Shown: positions 1 through 10,540 of the stretch, piece by piece
How positions within the stretch are numbered: the stretch's first letter is position 1
Layout: every line of letters begins with the position of its first letter
Source of the DNA: Candidatus Barnesiella excrementigallinarum
GTDB lineage: Bacteria; Bacteroidota; Bacteroidia; Bacteroidales; Barnesiellaceae
Direction of reading: 5' to 3'
Assembly (NCBI GenBank): GCA_019114445.1
Contig: DXFL01000012.1
Coordinates: 1,027 to 65,026, forward strand
Length of the DNA: 64,000 nucleotides
Notes under the pieces: model-generated
The model's input: the letters and a program-made list of their open reading frames with translations, nothing else
Database searches by the model: none
Told to the model about the DNA's origin: nothing
Position numbers and translations under genes: made by a program

Positions 1-507
1 CGAAAAGGTAGGCCCTGCCACCGAAGCCAACGCTACCATCGTCGCATTAAGTCCCACCCCTTCGCCCAACCGACGTTTAGGATAGATAAGTTTGATCAAC
101 GATGTATTTACGCTCATAATCATGGCAGCTCCAAAACCTTGAAATACACGAGAAAGTACCAACCACGTCAGATTCTGCGAAAGGGCGCACAACAACGAAC
201 CTACCGTAAAAACAGCGACACCCCGCAAATAGACCTGCTTGTATCCCCAGCGTTCGCCCATCGACGAGAAAGGGAGCAGGGTCATCATAATAACCAACTG
301 AAAGGCATTGACAATCCAAATGGAATCGGACGAAGAGACATTCAGTTGCTGGGCGATACTGGGCAACGCCACATTGCAAATCGTACCGTCGAGTACCGAA
401 AGGAACAAACCGCAGAAAGTAGCGGCCATGGCATAATAGATACGCGGACGATGCAACCCGTCCCAATTCAAATCGCCTACAATCTTTTCTTCCTCTTCCT
501 GTTTCAT
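1..507 (-). CDS. DHA2/EmrB-QacA-type MFS transporter, 5' part (runs off window start)
   Basis: Not in ORF track; hand translation from ATG at 507 gives MKQEEEEKIVGDLNWDGLHRPRIYYAMAATFCGLFLSVLDGTICNVALPSIAQQLNVSSSDSIWIVNAF, the DHA2 'LDxTIxNVALP' motif. Confidence 0.88.
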   Translation of the reverse strand, partial: MKQEEEEKIVGDLNWDGLHRPRIYYAMAATFCGLFLSVLDGTICNVALPSIAQQLNVSSSDSIWIVNAFQLVIMMTLLPFSSMGERWGYKQVYLRGVAVFTVGSLLCALSQNLTWLVLSRVFQGFGAAMIMSVNTSLIKLIYPKRRLGEGVGLNATMVALASVAGPTFS

Positions 508-546
508 TTTTTACCTTTCTTAAAACCATGCTCTCGCATATCGGCT

Positions 547-554
547 GCAAAGAT
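547..554 (-). promoter_or_regulatory. Bacteroidetes -7 box TATCTTTG for the MFS gene
   Basis: + strand CAAAGATA; matches TAnnTTTG about 40 nt upstream of ATG 507. Confidence 0.55.
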
Positions 555-629
555 ACGAACAAAAAAGCTATATTGGACCTCGCCTTCCAAACTCAAAACA
601 ATTTGTTTCCTTTCTTCTCCCCTTTTCAT

Positions 630-637
630 TATCTTTG
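630..637 (+). promoter_or_regulatory. Bacteroidetes -7 box TATCTTTG for the porin-family gene
   Basis: TAnnTTTG match 33 nt upstream of ATG 671; divergent from the MFS promoter. Confidence 0.55.
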
Positions 638-670
638 CTTCAAATAAAAAAAACAAGAATATCCTTGAAA

Positions 671-1312
671 ATGCTACGACTACACACTCCCTACCGTTTT
701 TATCGTCAATACATCATCGGGCTGCTGTGGCTATGCCTGACTGCCATACCCGGCACAGCGCTGGCTCAATGGAGTATAGGTGGTAAAGCGGGGGCCAACT
801 GGGCGACAGTGAGGTACCCCAAAAACATTCTCAACGACAAAGCCAGTTTTATACCGGGCGGCCAAGCGGGGGTGACAATCACCTACCAATTCAACACCTA
901 CCTCGATATGCAGCTCGAACTGCTCTACGCCTCGCATGGTTACAAAGACAACACACTCTATTTCAATGACGAACAAGGTAACACAATGTATAAAGGGTAT
1001 TCATGCCGGATTCACTACATAGACATTCCCTTGTTGGTCAAGTTCTTCCCGGTTGCCGGATTCAACATTCAGGTAGGGCCACAACTGGGTATCGGGTATG
1101 CCCTTTCCAGTTCGTGGAAGGGAGTGGAAGCGTTTCAGCAACCGGAAGGAGCCGAACTTGGAGTGGTATTTGGATTAGGTTATGAATTCGATTCTGGAAT
1201 CTTTGTCGATGCCCGCTATACTTTGGGACTTACCCGCTCGATAAAAGGTGCCGAAAACGGCTACGAAGGCCGGAATATAGCTTTTTCCGTAGGATACCGG
1301 TTCTTCTTATAA
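671..1312 (+). CDS. Outer membrane beta-barrel / porin family protein
   Basis: Signal peptide, 'GGKAGANWA', 'YIDIPLL', 'DARYTLGL', C-terminal 'FSVGYRFF' aromatic end; ATG 671 preferred over TTG 635. Confidence 0.8.
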   Translation: MLRLHTPYRFYRQYIIGLLWLCLTAIPGTALAQWSIGGKAGANWATVRYPKNILNDKASFIPGGQAGVTITYQFNTYLDMQLELLYASHGYKDNTLYFNDEQGNTMYKGYSCRIHYIDIPLLVKFFPVAGFNIQVGPQLGIGYALSSSWKGVEAFQQPEGAELGVVFGLGYEFDSGIFVDARYTLGLTRSIKGAENGYEGRNIAFSVGYRFFL

Positions 1313-1362
1313 AATCAATCCAAAAGGGTATATTCCCTCTATGAGCAATTAACACACATTGT

Positions 1363-2418
1363 TCAGTCGAGCATGAGGCTCATATAGGGACGTACAGCGG
1401 GAAAGTCGAGTAGCGACGAGAGTTTGGAATCGCCAAATACGAGAAGAGCCAGTTGGGCCACATCGACATCGAGATCACACCGCTCGGCCGATATGCGGCA
1501 ACACTTGCCCCCTTCGATAAGATAGAGGCCATTGTTCGACGGCAGCAGCGAATCGGTCACCCGAATCGTCACCCGCAACAAAGTGTGATTTCCGGCAACA
1601 ACCGATAAAAGAGCCGGGACATCTACAATACGCATCATTCCCATGCGCTGCAACGACGTCTCCCCCTCCTCCGGCAATGTATACAGGGTCATCGGAAGTC
1701 CGGGATACAGCTCCTTCACCTCGTGCAATGCAGCCTCTCCGGCTTGGGCATCTACGGACAACAACTCTTTTACCACCACCCGTTCGTCGTGCGGCACGGC
1801 AAAAGCTACGGCCGAAAGCTGTCCGGCATCGTCGGCCACTGCAACTACCGCCCCTCCGTCCCAATCAATATCTTGGCAAATAACCTCAAAATCGTTTCGC
1901 TCGTGTAATACACAGCAAGATCGTTGCCTCAGCCGATTATCGAAAAACCGATACAGTTCGTCGGGCGACGGAAACACCCGCCTATAATCCCCACGGTTGA
2001 ATCGATGTGCCGAAGTAAAATTCAACTCTTTTCGAAAAAATACCGGAGCATATCCCTTCGATGCATAATATCCATACAGCCACGGTTCGGCCGGAATCAA
2101 GGCCGACAACGGAATGCCCCGGAAACTCATCGTATTAAACGACTCGACCAACAACCGGCTCATCAACCCCCGATTCCGATATTCGGGTCGCGTAGAAGCT
2201 CCCGATATATAACTTACGTCCAAGCACGTCGACCCGAAAGTCATGCAATAAGGCAACATTTGCAATGCGGTAGTCACCACCCCTTTTTCTTCCATACAGC
2301 AGGCATTTTCATCTCGATACAGGCGATCGAACAATAGCGACACAAAACGCTCATCGTCGTGAAAACAGAGTTGCCACAACTCTTTTATCTTGACTTTTTT
2401 TTCCAATATATTCATCAC
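1363..2418 (-). CDS. GNAT N-acetyltransferase, Eis-like
   Basis: 'YISGASTRPEYRNRGLMSRLL' acetyl-CoA motif, 'LIPAEPWLYGYY', SCP2-like C-terminus. Confidence 0.85.
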   Translation of the reverse strand: MMNILEKKVKIKELWQLCFHDDERFVSLLFDRLYRDENACCMEEKGVVTTALQMLPYCMTFGSTCLDVSYISGASTRPEYRNRGLMSRLLVESFNTMSFRGIPLSALIPAEPWLYGYYASKGYAPVFFRKELNFTSAHRFNRGDYRRVFPSPDELYRFFDNRLRQRSCCVLHERNDFEVICQDIDWDGGAVVAVADDAGQLSAVAFAVPHDERVVVKELLSVDAQAGEAALHEVKELYPGLPMTLYTLPEEGETSLQRMGMMRIVDVPALLSVVAGNHTLLRVTIRVTDSLLPSNNGLYLIEGGKCCRISAERCDLDVDVAQLALLVFGDSKLSSLLDFPAVRPYMSLMLD

Positions 2419-2748
2419 AACCTATATCTATAACTACCCAACAAACAACTATATCCCGCGGTTTTATGCCCAAAATATAAATTATATAATAGTCTATTTT
2501 ACAATACTTTATATATGAAATCTATAAACTTAATTAATTATATAGATTTTAGATTTACACAAATAGTTTACAATCAATATATTACAGACAAAATCTACAA
2601 CTTAAATATAATCTCCAAATTGTGCGAATATAATTTATTTATATACAAATATATCCAATTCGCTAACAAAGTATATATTTATAAAAAATTATAAATATGT
2701 ATATTATAAAAATAATCCGAACTTTTCATTCAGATTATTTTCCATTTA

Positions 2749-4128
2749 TTATTCGGCACTCTTTGCCGGACCATTAGACGACTTGGGTTTCCGCCGATGC
2801 CGGTTTCGTCTTTTAGAAGGATTCCCGCTTTGTGCTTGTGCATTTTCACGAGGAGTATCGACATTGGTTTTCACCTCTTTCTTCTCCCCGTTTTTCTTCT
2901 CTCCTCCCCGACGATTTTTAGAGCGGTTGTTTCCACCCCGACCTTTTCGCCCTCGCCGATCGCCCCGCTCCTGTTTGGGAGCATACACGGGAGCATCGCC
3001 GAGGCCTTCGGGCAACTCCCGTTTGGGAACTTCGTAACCCAAGAACGACTCTATGCGCGCAAACTTTCCTTGTTCTTTTTCCGAAACAAAAGTAATAGCA
3101 GTACCGTCGGCACTGGCCCGGGCCGTACGGCCTATGCGGTGAATATAATCTTCGGGATCGTGCGGGACATCGTAATTGATCACCAATCCTATTTGGTCTA
3201 TATCTATTCCACGGGAAATGACATCGGTAGCCACCAAAATATCGATCTTGTTATTTTTGAAATCGAGCATGACCGCCTCCCGTTCGGGTTGTTCCAAATC
3301 GGAGTGCATGGCTGCCACCTTGTATTTGCGCCGTTTCAAAGAAAATGCCAGTTCCTTGACCTTCTGTTTCGACGACGAAAAGATAATAGTTTTGGTCCCG
3401 GTAGGTTCGCGGAACAACCAATCGACAATCCCCATCTTTTGATTTTCGTAACAAACATAAGCCGATTGGTCGATTGCCTCGTTGGGCTTCGATATGGCTA
3501 CATTCACCTCTACCGGGTTATTCATAATATTTTTGGCCAACTGACGAATTTTTGTCGGCATGGTAGCCGAGAACATAATCGTCTGCCTATTCTCGGGCAA
3601 GCTGTTGCCTATTTTCATAATATCGTCGTAGAAACCCATATCGAGCATTCGGTCGGCCTCGTCGAGAATAAAGTACTCTACCCCCGAAAAATCGATGTTC
3701 GAAATATTCAAGTGCGAAATCAACCGTCCCGGCGTAGCGATAATAATATCGGCACCCATCTTCAATCCCCGTTTCTGCTGTTCCCACGAAGAGCCGTCAC
3801 CCCCCCCCGACACGACCGCCGTAGAGATGGGCAGGAAATAAGAAAATCCCTCGAACTGCATATCTATCTGCTGCGCCAGCTCTCGTGTAGGAGCAACGAT
3901 AACGGCCCGCACCTTATCTCCGGTTCCCGGCTGTTCCGACAGCAAGTTGAGCAATGGCAATATATAAGCCGCCGTCTTGCCTGTACCCGTTTGGGCGCAA
4001 GCTATCAAATCTTTTTTTTGCAATAGGACAGGAATCGTTTGTTCCTGAACGGGCGTTGCCTCCTTAAAATTCATGGCATCGAGCCCTTGCATCACATCTT
4101 CGGACAATCCGAATTCATCAAACCTCAT
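2749..4128 (-). CDS. DEAD-box RNA helicase (RhlE/CshA-like)
   Basis: AQTGTGKT, PTRELA, DEAD, SAT, RGID, HRIGRT motifs; basic C-terminal tail. Confidence 0.97.
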   Translation of the reverse strand: MRFDEFGLSEDVMQGLDAMNFKEATPVQEQTIPVLLQKKDLIACAQTGTGKTAAYILPLLNLLSEQPGTGDKVRAVIVAPTRELAQQIDMQFEGFSYFLPISTAVVSGGGDGSSWEQQKRGLKMGADIIIATPGRLISHLNISNIDFSGVEYFILDEADRMLDMGFYDDIMKIGNSLPENRQTIMFSATMPTKIRQLAKNIMNNPVEVNVAISKPNEAIDQSAYVCYENQKMGIVDWLFREPTGTKTIIFSSSKQKVKELAFSLKRRKYKVAAMHSDLEQPEREAVMLDFKNNKIDILVATDVISRGIDIDQIGLVINYDVPHDPEDYIHRIGRTARASADGTAITFVSEKEQGKFARIESFLGYEVPKRELPEGLGDAPVYAPKQERGDRRGRKGRGGNNRSKNRRGGEKKNGEKKEVKTNVDTPRENAQAQSGNPSKRRNRHRRKPKSSNGPAKSAE

Positions 4129-4281
4129 ATTTCTTTTTCCTTATTTTTCTTTTTTATTATCGGCCGGAGAACGACAAACCTCAAAAAGGGAACCTTCACA
4201 ATCGGCCACACGAATCGGCACAAAGGTACAAAAAAAAGGCGATACGCCGCAGCATATCGCCTTTGCTATTCCGTTTCGGCA

Positions 4282-5802
4282 TTATTGGTGTTGAGGTCTC
4301 AACAAATCGTTTACCGTCTTTACCGGATTGAACGTTTCGGCCGGCACCTCTACAAACACGGTATTCCAATCGCTCATGGCCCCATTCCACAAGCCCGGCA
4401 ATTCGAGAGCTTTCAGTTCACGGCCATTTTTCGATTTGTGCGAAATAAAGCCGGTATTCTTATCCACATATTCGGGTAAGTTGTATTTTTCGCCCTGATA
4501 GTCTCTTACGGCACAAACCAAATCCACCGGATTGAAATGGGTACCCAACTCGAATTGTTTTTTCGCCTCGGCATTCGACATATCTATCTGCGAGCTTTCC
4601 AAAATCTGTAACGAAGTCGTCCCATCGGCATTGTAAGCGATAAACGGACCGCCACCCGGCTCTCCCGAATTGCGCACCATGCCGCACACACGGATAGGAC
4701 GATTCAGTTTCCGCAACAGATACAAAGCCAATTCGGCATCCTCCAAGTGCTTTGTCTCTTCATTCCGCACAAACAGTTTTTTGTGCAGGAATTGTATCAT
4801 CTCCCGCAGGTCGTCGATGGTATATTTCCCGTTTTTCAGCATCGTTGTGTAACGGTTTATCTCGGCCTGCAACGATACCAATATGCCTCCGATTATTTTT
4901 TTGTAGCGTACGGTAGGTTCTTTCAAACGATCGGGCACCACATTGTCGATATTCTTTACAAAAATCACTTCGGCATCGATGTCGTTCAAATTCTCGATCA
5001 AAGCGCCGTGACCACCCGGACGGAACAACAGTTTGCCATTCTCTTCCCTGAAAGGTTTGTTATCGGCGTCGACGGCAATCGTGTCGGTCGAAGGTTTCTG
5101 CTCCGAGAAACTGATGTTGTAACGCACACCGTAACGACGTTCGTAATCGGCTTTTTTCGCAGCGACAAGCGATTTGAAATGGTCGAGATGTTCGTGAGAA
5201 ACCGTAAAATGGATATTCACTTCGCCATCGGAGCTGGCGGCATACAAGGCGCCTTCGGTCAAATGCTCCTCCATAGCCGTACGGTTCATGGCCGTATACC
5301 GATGGAATTTAAGCAATCCCTTCGGCAAGGCTCCATAGTTCAAACCTTTTGCTTCGAGCAAATTGGCAACCACGGCTTTGTAATTTCCGGCAGCGACCAA
5401 ATCGGCTATCCCCTTCCCCTCGTTTTTCAGACACGCCTCGTTGAGATCGGCATAGAAAGCAAACCGGTCGATCGAGTCGAAAAATTTCTTTTCAAAATCG
5501 GTTTCGGGCTTATCGTAATCGGCCGAAAGGAATCCAAACAGATCCTTGAACATACGGCTTGCAGCACCCGAAGCCGGAACAAACTTCACCACTTTGTGAT
5601 TATCCTTCAAATACCCCTCCCACAAATCGAGGAAGTATTGCTCCTGCTGCTCGTCAAGCGACAAAATACCGTTATCGACAGAAGCAGAAGATGCGATTCT
5701 CAAAAAGGGAAATCCTTTTTCAAAAGCGGCCAACTGCTCTTCAACCACGTGTATGTCAATACCTTTCTCGACAAACAAGTTTAAATCTTCTGTTGTAAAC
5801 AT
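4282..5802 (-). CDS. DUF4301 family protein (UGPase-like fold)
   Basis: 'VKFVPASGAASRMFK', 'FRPGGHGALI', 'KNIDNV', 'FNPVKTVNDLL' as recalled for this Bacteroidetes family. Confidence 0.8.
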   Translation of the reverse strand: MFTTEDLNLFVEKGIDIHVVEEQLAAFEKGFPFLRIASSASVDNGILSLDEQQEQYFLDLWEGYLKDNHKVVKFVPASGAASRMFKDLFGFLSADYDKPETDFEKKFFDSIDRFAFYADLNEACLKNEGKGIADLVAAGNYKAVVANLLEAKGLNYGALPKGLLKFHRYTAMNRTAMEEHLTEGALYAASSDGEVNIHFTVSHEHLDHFKSLVAAKKADYERRYGVRYNISFSEQKPSTDTIAVDADNKPFREENGKLLFRPGGHGALIENLNDIDAEVIFVKNIDNVVPDRLKEPTVRYKKIIGGILVSLQAEINRYTTMLKNGKYTIDDLREMIQFLHKKLFVRNEETKHLEDAELALYLLRKLNRPIRVCGMVRNSGEPGGGPFIAYNADGTTSLQILESSQIDMSNAEAKKQFELGTHFNPVDLVCAVRDYQGEKYNLPEYVDKNTGFISHKSKNGRELKALELPGLWNGAMSDWNTVFVEVPAETFNPVKTVNDLLRPQHQ

Positions 5803-5926
5803 AAATTATAATGAATAATGAATTTTAATTCTTTTCCCAAAACTACAAAAAGCTATAAAAAAAAGCACACTTTTACCCATAAAAATATATATTTGAAGGC
5901 AGAATTTTTGAAAACAGTCACAGCTT

Positions 5927-8140
5927 ATGCCCGAAAAAAACTATTTTACCCCCGAAGAAAAGGAGAATGTAAAACTGGTTTACCGGCAATTATTATTCCA
6001 TAGCAAACCGGTAATCTCGGTCAACGACTTCAATCGTATGCGGAGCCTCATCTCCGAAGCGGTTCAAACCGGGCATTACCAGCGAAACAAACAAGGCTTA
6101 AATCCCGTCGTGCGCAACCTCAATACGGCGCTTATCTTGTGCGACCGCGTGGGTTTGGAACGCAGTATGCTCATTTCGGTACTGCTGTTTAACTTGGTTG
6201 TCAGCGAATTCCTTTCGATCGAAGCCGTCGAAAAAGAGTTCGGCAGCGACATAGCCCAGCTTATTCGGGGACTTATCAAGTCGAACAGCCTGTATGCCAA
6301 ACAAGCGGCCGTCGAAAGCGAGAATTTCCGCAAGTTGTTGCTTTCCTTCGCCGAGGATATCCGGGTTATCATCATCATGATTGCCGACCGGCTGTGCGTG
6401 ATGAAAATGATCAACCACCACCCCAACGAGAAATACCGGTACGACGTAGCCTGCGAAGCTTCGTACCTCTATGCGCCGCTGGCTCACCGGCTGGGGCTTT
6501 ACTCCATCAAATCGGAGTTGGAAGACCTTTCGCTCAAATATACCAACCGCGAAATCTACGACCAAATAGCCCATAAACTCAACGAAACCAAGCGAAGCCG
6601 AGACCAGTATATCACCGAGTTTATCCAACCGGTAAAAGAGAAACTCGAAGCCGAAGGATTGAATTTCGAAATCAAAGGACGCACAAAATCCATCTTCTCC
6701 ATCTGGAACAAGATGAAAAAGCAAAAGGCCGACTTGGAAGACATTTACGACCTGTTTGCCATTCGCGTGATCCTCGACACTCCGCTCAACCAAGAGAAGG
6801 CCGACTGCTGGAAAGTCTACTCCATCATCACCGATATGTACCAGCCCAACCCCAAACGTATGAAGGACTGGTTATCCATTCCCAAATCGAACGGATACGA
6901 GTCGCTCCACATCACCGTACTGGGACCGGGACAACGCTGGGTAGAGGTACAGATCCGCACCCACAGAATGGACGAAATTGCCGAACGGGGACTGGCCGCC
7001 CACTGGAAATACAAAGGGATCAAAAGCGAATCCGGGCTGGACGACTGGATGAACAACGTGCGCGAAGTTCTCGAAGCTGCCGGGAACGGAGGGGCATTGG
7101 AACTTATGCGCGACTTCAAAATGGACCTCTACGACAAAGAGGTGTTTGTCTTTACCCCGAAAGGCGACTTGTACAAACTTCCGCTGGGAGCTACCCTACT
7201 CGATTTTGCCTTCCTTATCCACACAGGAATAGGATGCAAATGCGTAGGCGGCCGTGTGAACGGGAAAATAGAAACCATCAAATACAAACTCAAAAGCGGC
7301 GATACCATCGAGGTTCTCACCTCGCCCAACCAATCGCCCAAACAAGACTGGCTCAACATTGCCGCCACCTCCAAAGGTCGCGTAAAAATAAAACAGGCAC
7401 TCAACGAACAGCAAAACAAGGCGGCCGAATACGGGAAAGAATTGTTGCAACGAAGATTCAAAAACCGTAAAATGGAGATGGAAGACGGTGTGATGATGAA
7501 GCTCATCAAAAAAATGGGCTACAAAACCGCCACCGACTTTTACAACGAATTGGCCAGCGACCACATCGATGTCAACCGGGTAATCGAACTCTATCTCGAA
7601 ATAGACCGTAAAGAGAGCGGCGAAACATACGAGGCCCGTACCGCCGAAGAATTTACCTTGCAACACGAACACGACGAGACCAAAGAGGACGAACTGATCA
7701 TCGGTGGCGATGTAAAAGGGATAGACTACAAGCTGGCCAAATGTTGCAACCCCATCTTCGGCGACGACATATTCGGGTTCGTATCTACCGAGGGAACCAT
7801 TAAGATACACCGCAAGGATTGTCCCAATGCCCGCCACATATACAACCGTTACCGCTATCGGGTAGTCAATGCCCGCTGGTCGGGGAAAATGGGATCGAAA
7901 TATATTACGGTATTGCGGGTTGTGGGGAACGACGACATCGGTATCGTCACCAACATCACCTCGATTATTTCGAAAGAAAAGAACACCCATATGCGGGGAA
8001 TCTCCATCGACTCGAACGACGGCCTGTTTCAAGGGCACATTACCGTAGCGGTCGACGATACCTCCTCGCTCAACAGCCTCATTAAAAAGCTCAAAACGGT
8101 AAAAGGGGTAAAAGATGTACAACGAGGCTCGGTAAACTAA
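5927..8140 (+). CDS. relA: RelA/SpoT family (p)ppGpp synthetase
   Basis: 'APLAHRLG', 'GRTKSIFSI', 'DLFAIR', 'YESLH', 'EVQIRT', TGS 'FTPKGD', 'CCNPIFGD', C-terminal ACT. Confidence 0.93.
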   Translation: MPEKNYFTPEEKENVKLVYRQLLFHSKPVISVNDFNRMRSLISEAVQTGHYQRNKQGLNPVVRNLNTALILCDRVGLERSMLISVLLFNLVVSEFLSIEAVEKEFGSDIAQLIRGLIKSNSLYAKQAAVESENFRKLLLSFAEDIRVIIIMIADRLCVMKMINHHPNEKYRYDVACEASYLYAPLAHRLGLYSIKSELEDLSLKYTNREIYDQIAHKLNETKRSRDQYITEFIQPVKEKLEAEGLNFEIKGRTKSIFSIWNKMKKQKADLEDIYDLFAIRVILDTPLNQEKADCWKVYSIITDMYQPNPKRMKDWLSIPKSNGYESLHITVLGPGQRWVEVQIRTHRMDEIAERGLAAHWKYKGIKSESGLDDWMNNVREVLEAAGNGGALELMRDFKMDLYDKEVFVFTPKGDLYKLPLGATLLDFAFLIHTGIGCKCVGGRVNGKIETIKYKLKSGDTIEVLTSPNQSPKQDWLNIAATSKGRVKIKQALNEQQNKAAEYGKELLQRRFKNRKMEMEDGVMMKLIKKMGYKTATDFYNELASDHIDVNRVIELYLEIDRKESGETYEARTAEEFTLQHEHDETKEDELIIGGDVKGIDYKLAKCCNPIFGDDIFGFVSTEGTIKIHRKDCPNARHIYNRYRYRVVNARWSGKMGSKYITVLRVVGNDDIGIVTNITSIISKEKNTHMRGISIDSNDGLFQGHITVAVDDTSSLNSLIKKLKTVKGVKDVQRGSVN

Positions 8141-8172
8141 AACGAAAACAAACTCACGAAACGTTGCAATAT

Positions 8173-9027
8173 ATGAAACACATCTACTGTTGGATCTGCG
8201 CCGGTGCTATCTTGGTATCTTCCTGTGGAAACAGCGACAGAGAAGCCCATGCCCAATACGAAAAAGCTTTGAAATTTTTCGAACACGAACAATATGCAAA
8301 TGCCAAAAACGCAATCGACAGCATTGAATTGCTATATCCAAAAGCATTCAAACAAATAAAAGCAGGTATGTTGCTTTTGTGCCGGGTAAAGCAAAAAGAG
8401 AGCGAGCGAAATTTACTATACATCGACAGCCTCCTCAAAATAAGACAAAACGAACTCGAAAAGGCCAAGAAAAATTTCCGATTCGAGAAAGACTCCAAAT
8501 ACCAAACCGAAGGGAACTACATCTATAAAAAATTACCCAAACAACCGACCATAAATCACAGTCAGTTAAAAGTGCAGGTTACCGAAAACGGGCAACTGCA
8601 ACTGATAAGCATTTACTGCGGCAATTCGCCTATCAAACACAGTTCGATTAGAGCAACCCTCCCCGATAAAAGTAAAGCCGAAACGCTTGTCGTAGGCTAC
8701 GATGGAGCCAACAATTATCGATTTACCAATGCCGGCCGGTACACCGAGATCGTCACCTACAAAGACGGGCAATGTTCGGCCGTAGCATCGCTCATCGCCA
8801 ACAATACCGACAAAAAAATAACACTTACTTATTTAGGTGGAAACCGGTACACCCTGTCGCTCGACGCCGTTACCCGCGAAGCTATAAAAGCGACCCGCGA
8901 ACTCTTCAATTTAATGAAGAATGTCGACGACCTCAAACGCGAATATCAACTCAATATCCGCACACTCGAACTGGCCGACAAACAGGTCATGCAATTGGAA
9001 AAGCAACAGAGTGCCCAAAAAGAGTAA
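8173..9027 (+). CDS. Hypothetical lipoprotein with TPR-like N-terminus
   Basis: Lipobox-like 'LVSSC' after short signal; 'YEKALKFFEHEQYANAKNAIDSI' helical repeat. Confidence 0.7.
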   Translation: MKHIYCWICAGAILVSSCGNSDREAHAQYEKALKFFEHEQYANAKNAIDSIELLYPKAFKQIKAGMLLLCRVKQKESERNLLYIDSLLKIRQNELEKAKKNFRFEKDSKYQTEGNYIYKKLPKQPTINHSQLKVQVTENGQLQLISIYCGNSPIKHSSIRATLPDKSKAETLVVGYDGANNYRFTNAGRYTEIVTYKDGQCSAVASLIANNTDKKITLTYLGGNRYTLSLDAVTREAIKATRELFNLMKNVDDLKREYQLNIRTLELADKQVMQLEKQQSAQKE

Positions 9028-9041
9028 TACGCAGCCTGTAA

Positions 9042-10088
9042 TCAGCGAGCCAACCCGTTAGCCCGCAGCCAACGGAACATCTCGGCATAAGCCGCCCGAC
9101 GAGCCGAAGGTTTCGAAAGTACTAGATCGTGCAAACCTTCGGGGACTTCAAATTCGGTTACTTTCGGGCCCAAAGTCCGTCCATAACGAGCTATATCCTT
9201 TACATCGAGAACTGCATCGCCCGACTGGTGCTGAGGAGTCCACTCATCACCATGCACCGACTGGCTCGAATACATCAACAAGATGGGGCACGGGATATGT
9301 AAACCTTTGTGTACTTGATTGTGTCCCCGATGGATCGCCCTCAACCAAGCCGCCGACACGGGAGGAGAAACCATAAATTTCAAATGGGTATCATACTCCC
9401 ACTCCCCGTGATAATCTTTCAACAGACTTTCGGCATAAGCCGTAGAGTTACCTTGATTGATTTTCGTATGCTTGAACCATTTACCCCAAGCCGACACGAT
9501 AGGGACAAGCACCTTCTCGTAAAATCCATTCATATTCATGTCGAGGAACGGACTATTCAGAATAAGCCCCAGCACAGGCAAATCAGACCTATGCGCCTCG
9601 CAATAAAGCGAGGTAATCAATCCACCGGTAGAGTGTGCCATCAACACGACTTCGGTATTCCCCTCGTCCCGGATAATAGACAAGGCGGTATCTATGTCGG
9701 CAAAATATTCTTGTAAGTCGCGCACCTCGAACGGAGTTTGTTCCGGTAACAGCGAGCGACCATACTTCCGCAAATCCACGGCATAAAAATTGAAGCACGA
9801 ATCGTTAAACGTTTGCGCCATGTTCTTTTGAAAGAAATAGTCGTTATATCCATGCACATAGAGAATTGCCTTGTGCGTTTGGCACGACGACAAACTGCGC
9901 ACGAGCGTTGTTACCACCCTTCCGCTGTAATCGTCGGGCATAACCAAACATTTAGACTCGAAACCATCGCCCAAACGGTCGGGCTGATATTGCGAAAAGG
10001 CAAAAAGCAAACCTGCCGCCCAACACAGGACGACAAAAGTGATACGTTTTATAAAACTCATCGTTATTATCATTATAAAAAATTTCAA
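9042..10088 (-). CDS. Alpha/beta hydrolase (lysophospholipase-like)
   Basis: 'LYVHGYNDYF', 'VDLRKYGRS', nucleophile 'AHSTGG', 'GLHDL'. Confidence 0.9.
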   Translation of the reverse strand: MKFFIMIITMSFIKRITFVVLCWAAGLLFAFSQYQPDRLGDGFESKCLVMPDDYSGRVVTTLVRSLSSCQTHKAILYVHGYNDYFFQKNMAQTFNDSCFNFYAVDLRKYGRSLLPEQTPFEVRDLQEYFADIDTALSIIRDEGNTEVVLMAHSTGGLITSLYCEAHRSDLPVLGLILNSPFLDMNMNGFYEKVLVPIVSAWGKWFKHTKINQGNSTAYAESLLKDYHGEWEYDTHLKFMVSPPVSAAWLRAIHRGHNQVHKGLHIPCPILLMYSSQSVHGDEWTPQHQSGDAVLDVKDIARYGRTLGPKVTEFEVPEGLHDLVLSKPSARRAAYAEMFRWLRANGLAR

Positions 10089-10540
10089 TCGTCCAGCGAA
10101 TTTTTCAAATTACCGAAAACCTTCGAAAACATTTCTCCGGCAATCTCCACCTCCTTATCCGAAAAGCCCTCCAATGCTTCGCGCATAACTGCCGTCACCA
10201 AAGGTTTGGTTTCCATTTCCAGCTCCCTCCCCTTATCGGTAAGATGTATCAAATTGATACGACGGTCTTTCACTCCCGACGAGCGAACCACCAACTGTTG
10301 CTTTTCCAAGTTATCGATAAGCCGGGTCATACTCGGTTTGTCTTTGAAAGTCGCATTGCACAACTCTTGCTGTGTCACCCCGTCGCGAGACCACAGATAG
10401 CACAATACGGTCCATTGCTCGGGCGTAATATCGATCGACATTTTTCGAAAACTCCTATACAGTTTCCGGTTTATCGCAGCCGACAACTTTCCGCTCATCA
10501 GCGCGAATACCATCTCTATATTCAATTCAGAAAAGTTCAT
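10085..10540 (-). CDS. MarR family transcriptional regulator
   Basis: 'ITPEQWTVL', 'KPSMTRLIDNLEK', 'DRRINLIHLTDKG'; 4-nt overlap with the hydrolase gene. Confidence 0.93.
   Translation of the reverse strand: MNFSELNIEMVFALMSGKLSAAINRKLYRSFRKMSIDITPEQWTVLCYLWSRDGVTQQELCNATFKDKPSMTRLIDNLEKQQLVVRSSGVKDRRINLIHLTDKGRELEMETKPLVTAVMREALEGFSDKEVEIAGEMFSKVFGNLKNSLDD

Noticed and set aside
77-786. Track ORFs 139..786 (+) and 77..562 (-)
   Set aside because: Shadows of the real minus-strand MFS gene starting at 507 in another frame
2419-2748. Replication origin
   Set aside because: AT-rich but no DnaA-box cluster seen, and flanking genes are not origin-typical
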